Virus record (IMG/VR): IMGVR_UViG_3300020404_001307 | Source: an uncultured virus (IMG/VR IMGVR_UViG_3300020404_001307) | Lineage: Duplodnaviria > Heunggongvirae > Uroviricota > Caudoviricetes > Crassvirales | Strand: one strand, 5' to 3' | DNA length: 64,000 bases | Shown here: positions 57,081-64,000 of the stretch, in pieces | Numbering within the stretch: the stretch's first letter is position 1 | Layout: every line of letters begins with the position of its first letter | Notes under the pieces: model-generated | Seen by the model: the letters and a program-made list of their open reading frames with translations, nothing else | Database searches by the model: none | Told to the model about the DNA's origin: nothing | Program-made: the position numbers and the translations under genes

Positions 57081-57083
57081 TAT

Positions 57084-57221
57084 TTATTTTCTATTATACA
57101 TTGTTAAACAAAAATCTACAAACGGTAGATATAGTACGTGGTTATTTTTTTTCTTTTCTTTATATGTTCTCATACCTAAAAGTATGCCAGGGTAAAACCC
57201 TACACTAAATTCCCAATCCAT
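57084..57221 (-). CDS. Small hypothetical protein, 45 aa
   Basis: Manual translation MDWEFSVGFYPGILLGMRTY...HVLYLPFVD. Confidence 0.55.
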   Translation of the reverse strand: MDWEFSVGFYPGILLGMRTYKEKKKNNHVLYLPFVDFCLTMYNRK

Positions 57222-57222
57222 A

Positions 57223-57669
57223 TTATTTAATTTTATTAGTTAATAATTGTATTACCATATCACATTCTTTTTGGTTCTGAGGTTTATATAAAGTTACATG
57301 CGGATAACATCTATTAATAAATTTTTTGAACAACTTCCACCTTATTGGGAAACTTTCGTTCGCTCTACCCTTACACTCAATTATAAACCCATCACCTATA
57401 AAATCAGGCGTGTACTTTATTGGTAATATTTTTTTATTTCCTCTGTTTTTAAATTCACCTTTACCGTTAGATTGTCTTTCATAACTTGGTGTTTCAAAGT
57501 TAAAGCTCTCTATTAAAGTAAATGTTTCACCTTCATATTTATTTTTTATATTAGCTTTTTTAAGAGCTCGGTGCATATACTTTTCTAGACCAGAGGCGAA
57601 GGTTATACCATCATATATAACCTTCTTAGCCCTAACAGGTCCTCGTTGTTTATTCTTTCGACGTCTCAT
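57223..57669 (-). CDS. T7 endonuclease I-like Holliday junction resolvase
   Basis: FASGLE, YTPDF, IIECKG. Confidence 0.8.
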   Translation of the reverse strand: MRRRKNKQRGPVRAKKVIYDGITFASGLEKYMHRALKKANIKNKYEGETFTLIESFNFETPSYERQSNGKGEFKNRGNKKILPIKYTPDFIGDGFIIECKGRANESFPIRWKLFKKFINRCYPHVTLYKPQNQKECDMVIQLLTNKIK

Positions 57670-57928
57670 TTAATACATCTTTAAGTTCTTCTTGTGCAGT
57701 CTGTATATACAGTATTGCGTCCATAAGTTCTTCTTGAATATCAACTAAATATTTCATTAGACCTTTCATTTTCGTTGTTCTCTCTTCATGAAGAGTCGTG
57801 CCATACTTTTCAAAGCCTTCATCAGACCTTAATTTGAATTTATCTACAACACGTTTTACAACAGGATCTCTAAACTCGTCTACATCGACGATATAACCCT
57901 TAGCGCTCATTATTTCTCTATCGCTCAT
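57650..57928 (-). CDS. Small all-alpha NTP-pyrophosphatase-like protein
   Basis: G.EKYGTTL and QEELMDAILY (EExxD) motifs. Confidence 0.5.
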   Translation of the reverse strand: MSDREIMSAKGYIVDVDEFRDPVVKRVVDKFKLRSDEGFEKYGTTLHEERTTKMKGLMKYLVDIQEELMDAILYIQTAQEELKDVLNETSKE

Positions 57929-57929
57929 A

Positions 57930-58730
57930 TTAATTATTTTTTACAAATGTTCCATTAATCATATTACCTTCACGCTTAGCTATAGTATCATAAGCTGATT
58001 CAATGCACTCTTCAATTGATAGCCCGCTTAGTTCAGCTAAGTTAGTTAATACAACTACCATATCACCGATACCATCTTTTATTTCTGGTAAATCAGATTT
58101 TAATATAGCTCTACCAACTTCACCAGCTTCTTCCATTAGCTTGACATACTGAGTTTTTTGATCACCCTTATCATATATACCCCTGTCTTCAGCCCAACTT
58201 CTAATTAAGTCAAATATAGTAGGGCAATGACAGTCTTCGTCTTCTGGAAATGGAAGCTCTTTGTTGTTATAAAATTTAGTTAATGCCTTGTTGTATACAT
58301 AACATCTATTATCATTATACATAGACGTCCTTGCATTAGCAACTATCCAGTCAACTAAGTCTTCATCTAACATAACACTACCTTCGTGCGTGTCCCAACT
58401 CATCTCAAGGTTATCCATAAGGTTACCTTTTAATTTATTTATAGGACAAGGGAACGTAGTTGTTTGTTCTGTCACGTTTATCTTCATAGTCTTTAAATTA
58501 AAATTATTATTATTATTAAGTTTATTATAAGGAACACGATCAACTCTGTAACCGTATTCTTTTTGAAGTTCTAGTTCTCGCTTAGATATATAATTTATAT
58601 CATTAGACTTTTCTAAAACTTCATATTCACCTGGTTCGTAACCTTGTTGTTCAGTGACTCTATTATATAAGTCAGTTGTACAACCTATTTTTTTACCAGG
58701 TATATGGTATAATATATATTTTTTACTCAT
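57930..58730 (-). CDS. Fusion protein: N-terminal GIY-YIG-like domain + C-terminal MazG-like NTP pyrophosphohydrolase
   Basis: YILYH...KIGCT...R...E; KLMEEAGE...DGIGD...GTFVK. Confidence 0.7.
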   Translation of the reverse strand: MSKKYILYHIPGKKIGCTTDLYNRVTEQQGYEPGEYEVLEKSNDINYISKRELELQKEYGYRVDRVPYNKLNNNNNFNLKTMKINVTEQTTTFPCPINKLKGNLMDNLEMSWDTHEGSVMLDEDLVDWIVANARTSMYNDNRCYVYNKALTKFYNNKELPFPEDEDCHCPTIFDLIRSWAEDRGIYDKGDQKTQYVKLMEEAGEVGRAILKSDLPEIKDGIGDMVVVLTNLAELSGLSIEECIESAYDTIAKREGNMINGTFVKNN

Positions 58731-59415
58731 TTATTTTTTCTATTATATTATTATACAAATGTAAGTTGTGTGCAAAATGAAAATAAGTACCTAGTCTTAT
58801 TTCTAACCTGTCAGCAATCATTAATTGTAATCTTGAAAAACAATACTGATCGTTACAGAAACCGTACCAGAGGTCATTAGATCGCATCGTAACACACATA
58901 TTAAGTTTATTATCAACAATTGTAAACTGTATAGCGTATGTACATGGAGTATCAAACTCATATTTAGAGTGCTCTTTGCCATCATATATACTTATTGTAG
59001 CTTGTCTAGTTTTAGGATTGTTCTGTAACATATCGATAACATAGCTTAACTGTGAAATATACTTAGTACCTCCTTCAAAAGGAACCCCATCAGTTCTTTT
59101 CCATTGCCAACCATAGTTAGAATTAACATTACCATTTTTGTCAGCCATGCGTTTCCATATTTCAGGCACTTTGCCATATATATCACCTAGCTTTTTAATA
59201 TTTCTATCGCCAGATAAATACCACTGCCACTCAGCCTCAGCGTACTCATGCTTCCAGTTACGCTTCTCACAGTTTATATGATTATCCATAGGATTTTCTA
59301 TTGTAAAACCTACATTAAATAAAGCTTTAGTATTATCAAAATCAATACCATGTGTTAGTATCTGACTTTTATAATGGTCAAAAGCTGAATTTGCATTATT
59401 AAATATCCACATCAT
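58723..59415 (-). CDS. Thymidylate synthase-superfamily enzyme, dCMP hydroxymethylase-type
   Basis: NSNYGW, catalytic PCT, MRSNDLWYGFCND, HFAHNLHLY. Confidence 0.8.
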   Translation of the reverse strand: MMWIFNNANSAFDHYKSQILTHGIDFDNTKALFNVGFTIENPMDNHINCEKRNWKHEYAEAEWQWYLSGDRNIKKLGDIYGKVPEIWKRMADKNGNVNSNYGWQWKRTDGVPFEGGTKYISQLSYVIDMLQNNPKTRQATISIYDGKEHSKYEFDTPCTYAIQFTIVDNKLNMCVTMRSNDLWYGFCNDQYCFSRLQLMIADRLEIRLGTYFHFAHNLHLYNNIIEKINE

Positions 59416-59750
59416 AATTTATTAATTGTTTTTCTCCACCGGTTACTAGATCTTTCGATTATTTCTGCTTTTACTTTCATATCATCTTTATTGGTACAGT
59501 ACTTATCAAAGTAATACTTTGAATATTGATATACTTGTTCCATAACATCTTTCTTTTCGTAAACTTTAGGATCTCTATTGTATTTATTATTTATTGTTAT
59601 ACCTATCCTCCATTCGTGTTTACCGTTATTATAATGATATTCTGGTTTTATATCTATACCATTGTCTTCACACCAAAAGCATTTTACCATATCACCACCT
59701 TGTCTAGTGTGATGAGGGTAATTTGTATTATCGTTATCTAGTTCTCCCAT
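59412..59750 (-). CDS. Hypothetical protein
   Basis: Co-oriented ORF overlapping both neighbours. Confidence 0.6.
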   Translation of the reverse strand: MGELDNDNTNYPHHTRQGGDMVKCFWCEDNGIDIKPEYHYNNGKHEWRIGITINNKYNRDPKVYEKKDVMEQVYQYSKYYFDKYCTNKDDMKVKAEIIERSSNRWRKTINKL

Positions 59751-61456
59751 GGTAATGGTTCTGATTCTGTTTCTGATATTATTGGTATATAACTACCAGA
59801 CTTAGGTTCCCAGTTAAAATGAGCTTCAGCTTGGTTTTCACCTAGGTTTTGAAATTTAACTTTCAATACTTTAGCTTTAACTGTTTGAGCTTCATAATCC
59901 CTGTGAACTAATAAGCCATGGTAGCTAGCATCGTACCATTCACCGCCACCTTTAATGCTATACATCGTTGGTTCTTCAATCTTACCATCTTGGTTTCTAT
60001 ACATTTTAGTAGGATGTGCTACAACAATTACTAGCACGTCGTACTTCTTTGCAAACGTTTCTATTTTAGTAAGATATTCCATAGTATAACGATTAACATC
60101 TTCAGACTTACAGTTAACATCTCTAATTTTATTAAAAGGATCAATGACTAAACATTTAATACCTTTACGCTTTACAAGCTCAGCGCCTTTACTTAATACA
60201 TCGTCAAGAGTATATCTATCCATATCAATAAAGAAATAATTATCATTGATATGATTAGTAACTTCTTTCCATTTAGCGGTGCCAATATCATTTTTAGTTG
60301 GCATACCTTGCCATGTTTTACGTATTAACTTGTGAGCATGTAGAAAATTAGGTTTGTTTTCTGGTGATGCATATGCTGTCTTCCAGCCGTAGTTTTTATT
60401 ATAACCTATACACATCTGGTCTACAAAATCTGATTTACCTGATGATGGTATACCTGTTACAGTTATAAACTGTGAAGTATATGTAGAAAATATTTTATCA
60501 AAATTTTCTAAACCAACTTGGTAACCAGGTTTAAAACCGTTGTGCACAAAGTCTAATAAATCAGCCTCAAGATCACGTAATGTTGATACACCTTCAAGCG
60601 GTACTTGAGTAGCAGACATTATAACTTTTTTAAGTTTATCTGCTCCGTGTTCAATTAAAAAATCATTAGGGTCTTTGTTGCCATTAAAGTCTACTAAGTA
60701 GCATACTTCAGCGCCAAGACGTCTAATAAACTCGTACCTTAAAGCTTGGCCAGCTTCGTCAGCATCAACTGCTAGTATTATTTTTTCTTTGTCTTCAAAA
60801 TAATCTATACAGTTATCTAAATAATCTAAGTTATTACTGTTTAACGTAGCTCCGTTAGGAACTGATATCACAGGTTTAATGCCAGCTTCGTGCAATGCTA
60901 ACGCATCCATTTCACCTTCTGTGATAACACACCAGTCATACCCTACAATACTATTAATATTGTAGAATATTTTTTCAGCACCTTTATACAGTTTAAAGTT
61001 TTTTCTACCATCTCTATACTTTATATTAATAAGTTCTTCACCCATAATATAATTAAATTGTATAGTATTTTCTTTCTGCCCAGTCTGAGGCATATACTCT
61101 TCACCTGTGGTAACATTTAAGTCACGAAGGGAAGCTGGTGATATGCCTCTAGTCTTAAACCATTCAACTGCCTTGTCTTTAACTGGTTCATATATTTCAA
61201 CCTGTTCAGGTTTTGTATACTCTTTAGTTGCATTACCTTTACGTTGATACGTATGTAATTGAAAACTAGTGTCACAGTTATGACAAGTACCGAGACCACG
61301 TTCCCAGTCATAAGAAGCACATTGTGCTTTTCTATTCTTAGGTTGTCTAGTGTGGGAACACAAGGGACAAATCCCCTGTGTCTTACCCACTTCTAAACCA
61401 TGCTGATTGAACTTGTCAATCATAAATCCATTGATCTCTGTATTCTCTACATTCAT
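59738..61456 (-). CDS. Bifunctional primase-helicase (T7 gp4/Twinkle-like)
   Basis: Zn finger CPLC..CHNC, TOPRIM TEGEMD/DADEAG, Walker A GIPSSGKS, VIDP, VAHP. Confidence 0.93.
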   Translation of the reverse strand: MNVENTEINGFMIDKFNQHGLEVGKTQGICPLCSHTRQPKNRKAQCASYDWERGLGTCHNCDTSFQLHTYQRKGNATKEYTKPEQVEIYEPVKDKAVEWFKTRGISPASLRDLNVTTGEEYMPQTGQKENTIQFNYIMGEELINIKYRDGRKNFKLYKGAEKIFYNINSIVGYDWCVITEGEMDALALHEAGIKPVISVPNGATLNSNNLDYLDNCIDYFEDKEKIILAVDADEAGQALRYEFIRRLGAEVCYLVDFNGNKDPNDFLIEHGADKLKKVIMSATQVPLEGVSTLRDLEADLLDFVHNGFKPGYQVGLENFDKIFSTYTSQFITVTGIPSSGKSDFVDQMCIGYNKNYGWKTAYASPENKPNFLHAHKLIRKTWQGMPTKNDIGTAKWKEVTNHINDNYFFIDMDRYTLDDVLSKGAELVKRKGIKCLVIDPFNKIRDVNCKSEDVNRYTMEYLTKIETFAKKYDVLVIVVAHPTKMYRNQDGKIEEPTMYSIKGGGEWYDASYHGLLVHRDYEAQTVKAKVLKVKFQNLGENQAEAHFNWEPKSGSYIPIISETESEPLPWEN

Positions 61457-61457
61457 A

Positions 61458-61772
61458 TTAAAATGGCAGATCTTCTTTAGCTACAGGTGCTGATGCTGCT
61501 GGTGCTGTAGGCTGGTTACTATCCATTGGAGCTCTGTCAACATTGTTGCCATTTGTCCAAACAACTTTAACGTTACCTAAATAAGTTTTAGCAGATTTAG
61601 ATTCACGTTCTTCCTTAGTTTGTTCAACAACGACCGGTCCTTGATTACCGAACTGGTCGACATCGTCATTAAGGGTAATGGTAATAGGTAAATACTTACC
61701 TTTCTTACCAACATAAATTTTATCTTTCGGTATTTCAGAAAGATTTATAGAAGCTTTTATTATACTTGCCAT
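61458..61772 (-). CDS. Putative single-stranded DNA-binding protein
   Basis: Small OB-like protein with acidic tail EDLPF next to the helicase. Confidence 0.7.
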   Translation of the reverse strand: MASIIKASINLSEIPKDKIYVGKKGKYLPITITLNDDVDQFGNQGPVVVEQTKEERESKSAKTYLGNVKVVWTNGNNVDRAPMDSNQPTAPAASAPVAKEDLPF

Positions 61773-61775
61773 AAT

Positions 61776-61964
61776 TTAATCATTTATTAAGTTAACTAAT
61801 TCTTTTACTTTACTTACAGATACTTTTAATTTTCTTCTATAGTTATCCATAGTTTTAGAGTAAGGATGTAAACCGTCGCTTGAGCTGTTGTTTACATAGA
61901 AGTTTTTATTATTCGCTCTGTGTCTTTTGCCTGATATCGCGCAGGTCTTCATTTTATATCCCAT
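61776..61964 (-). CDS. Small hypothetical protein
   Basis: 62-aa co-oriented ORF (FY.N..S.DGLHPY.K). Confidence 0.55.
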   Translation of the reverse strand: MGYKMKTCAISGKRHRANNKNFYVNNSSSDGLHPYSKTMDNYRRKLKVSVSKVKELVNLIND

Positions 61965-61967
61965 GGT

Positions 61968-62687
61968 TTATAAGGTTTTAGTTATTAAATATTGCTTACT
62001 GTCAAAATCATCTGTCTTGTAGAACAGGTCGTACGCGTCAGAAGCTTTACGTACTTTGTCTTCACCAGCTTTATAAAATTCTGGTGAACAGTCGAACAAA
62101 CCTATCTGGTGAGTTTCTTTATCTATTGCGATAAATAACATTTCATAACCAAATAGGTTGCTATAGATATAAGCTTGACTATCATAGTTAAATTTAGAAG
62201 CAGACCACCTAAACCTATCTATATCACTAGTAGTTTTTAAATCAATTACTAGCTTTTCTTCGTGGTTTATAATGTCGGCTTTACCCTTCCACTTGTTACC
62301 GAATAATTCAGTAATACCTGGTACTTCAAAGTCTCCTTTAATTAAACCTCTACAGATATTATTATCCATCATAACTTCTGTCATTAACTGTATCTTGTCA
62401 GCCTCATGCTGTAGCAAACATATCTCACCATCAGACATCTCTTTATATTTCTTAGTATTCCTAGTGCTAGACTCTATAATCTTAAAACTTTTAAGCTTAT
62501 TAGGTTCTAGTATTGCTGTATGAAAGTAACCGCCCACAACCATTGCTGATGTTTTAGGTTTTGGCTCACGTAGCATTTTAGGATTTTTAAGTAACGTAGA
62601 TATATCTGAATTACTTAAGAACTGCTTACCATAGTCTCCATAGTAGTGTTCGTCCTGTTTTAATTTATTAATTATTTCTTTATCCAT
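61968..62687 (-). CDS. RecE/exonuclease VIII-like PD-(D/E)xK nuclease
   Basis: LSNS, G..FH..ILEP, KGKAD, IDLKTT, Y..QAY.Y. Confidence 0.8.
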   Translation of the reverse strand: MDKEIINKLKQDEHYYGDYGKQFLSNSDISTLLKNPKMLREPKPKTSAMVVGGYFHTAILEPNKLKSFKIIESSTRNTKKYKEMSDGEICLLQHEADKIQLMTEVMMDNNICRGLIKGDFEVPGITELFGNKWKGKADIINHEEKLVIDLKTTSDIDRFRWSASKFNYDSQAYIYSNLFGYEMLFIAIDKETHQIGLFDCSPEFYKAGEDKVRKASDAYDLFYKTDDFDSKQYLITKTL

Positions 62688-63240
62688 TATTGTTTAGTTC
62701 TTTAAACGTTACCATCTGTGCTGGTGTAATGGTATACTTAGATTCAATAGCTGTTATGCTACCTCCTCCTTTTACAAACTCAACTGCCTTCTTGTACTGA
62801 TCGTCAGTCATTTTAGCTTTAGCTTTATTCACAATTTTACTAGCTGTACCTCCACTATTAGTAGAGTCAGCATCAGCTGTATCATCGATTAGAAATAAGT
62901 TGCCTAATGCATACTTTTTTCCATAAGATGAAGCTGCTCCAAATTGTTGTGCCGTTTGCATACCTTTTTGATTAAGGTCTACACCGACTATTGCCGTTGC
63001 TGTAATTTGATTTTCACCATCAGACAAGATGGCTGTTGATTTTATTATAGGCACTGTGTTTTCAGATATAATATCTTCTGTTATTCTAACTGAAACTTGG
63101 TGCGGTAATAAGAAAGGCTTGACCGCCTCGAGTATATCCTCTGCCTTACGGAAATAATACTTTCCGAAGGCATTGTATGAGGATTTTTTAGCTTTTAATT
63201 CTGTCTGAATTGTAGCTAATATTTCGTTTAATACATTCAT
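62680..63240 (-). CDS. ERF-family ssDNA annealing protein
   Basis: K...NAFGKY, Q..GAASSYGKKYAL.NLFLI..DAD. Confidence 0.85.
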   Translation of the reverse strand: MNVLNEILATIQTELKAKKSSYNAFGKYYFRKAEDILEAVKPFLLPHQVSVRITEDIISENTVPIIKSTAILSDGENQITATAIVGVDLNQKGMQTAQQFGAASSYGKKYALGNLFLIDDTADADSTNSGGTASKIVNKAKAKMTDDQYKKAVEFVKGGGSITAIESKYTITPAQMVTFKELNNNG

Positions 63241-63302
63241 GGTTTATTGGTTTTGGTCTATATATATAATTACACGTTTATTTGTTAATTTACATTAGTA
63301 AC

Positions 63303-64000
63303 TTACAGATAATCAATCACTTGCGAGTAAGGAACTTTTTCTATAAGCTTGTCAATTGCTACTTTTTTTAACTGTGATATACGTACATAAGAGCTACTAC
63401 CTTTTATACCTAAAATACTAGCTATTTCTTTAGCTGAGTATTTATCACAATCTAGCCCGTAAGATAATCTAAGCACTTGAAATTCTTTTGGATTTAAGTA
63501 TTGCATCATTAAACCTTTCAAGTAAGATGCTAACATTTGCTTATTATAACTTGCTATATCAGGTATATTATATGCAGCGGCTTGTTGCTCAGGCGTGCCA
63601 TCGTCAAGGCTTGTAAATACTGAGTTAAAAAATAACTCAACAGCTTTACGGTCTTCACCAAAGTCTTTACGTATTTCATTTAACTTATGCTCAGGTATAC
63701 GCATTGTACCTCTATTAGTATTTATACCTCTACGTATAGCTCCTTTAATACGTTTAGATAAAAATGATTTTAATCTTTTATCTGGCTCGTCTGCGTCTAA
63801 TATAGTTTCCCACTCTATTCTGTCTACACCCGCGCACAAACCTCTATTACCCTCTTGTATTAAATCATTTATAGTTAGTATACCGCAAGCTGTTTGAGCT
63901 GTTGAAAATTTTCTAGCTAGATTTTCTACTAGTGGTAAAAACTTAACTATTAATTCGTCTCTACTAAGTTTTTCGTAAGGAGCGCGTGGCAACTGCGTTA
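63303..64000 (-). CDS. Sigma-70-family RNA polymerase sigma factor (N-terminus probably outside the window)
   Basis: Region 2 LVENLARK..DLIQEG..GL; MRIP; region 4 VLRLSYGL..S.KEIA.ILG...RI.QLK. Confidence 0.85.
   Translation of the reverse strand, partial: TQLPRAPYEKLSRDELIVKFLPLVENLARKFSTAQTACGILTINDLIQEGNRGLCAGVDRIEWETILDADEPDKRLKSFLSKRIKGAIRRGINTNRGTMRIPEHKLNEIRKDFGEDRKAVELFFNSVFTSLDDGTPEQQAAAYNIPDIASYNKQMLASYLKGLMMQYLNPKEFQVLRLSYGLDCDKYSAKEIASILGIKGSSSYVRISQLKKVAIDKLIEKVPYSQVIDYL

Noticed and set aside
8823..63897. Numerous antisense or alternate-frame ORFs in the track (e.g. 9155-9604, 11425-11925, 35515-36084, 46360-46764, 63595-63897)
   Set aside because: Shadows of long genes on the opposite strand, with no motifs and biased F/L/S composition
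1..64000. Stop-codon reassignment, introns or inteins as in some crAss-like phages
   Set aside because: Core genes (TerL, portal, capsid, RNR, primase-helicase) read as intact, normal-length ORFs in the standard code
1..64000. Prophage integration module
   Set aside because: No integrase, repressor or host flanking genes recognised in the window

Overview
The window is most or all of the genome of an AT-rich tailed dsDNA bacteriophage with a podovirus-like virion module. The host is most likely Bacteroidota/Flavobacteriia (inferred). There are three blocks. (i) 1-7.1 kb, minus strand: many tiny early-type ORFs, an ATP-dependent DNA ligase, a DenV-like glycosylase, six copies of a promoter-like motif and a cluster of structured non-coding elements. 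(ii) 7.3-55 kb, plus strand: GroEL/GroES, terminase, portal, scaffold, major capsid protein, tail proteins, three putative ejected proteins including a 2619-aa polyvalent protein, tail fibre, lysis genes and a secreted/outer-membrane module. (iii) 55-64 kb, minus strand: class II RNR, T7 endo I-like resolvase, MazG-like proteins, a dCMP-hydroxymethylase-type thymidylate synthase homologue, primase-helicase, SSB, exonuclease, ERF and a sigma factor. The most notable observations are: three tRNA-mimic RNAs without a canonical anticodon arm that share one architecture (the smallest is 41 nt); a family of basic proteins starting MAFK[ML] with repeated putative cleavage motifs, headed by an HExxH protein carrying the same N-terminus; a P-loop kinase nested inside a HAD phosphatase within the giant protein; an 8-run G-quadruplex-like tract at the strand switch; and an LDL-receptor-A-like secreted protein beside a beta-barrel. 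All calls come from reading motifs by eye. No database searches were run.
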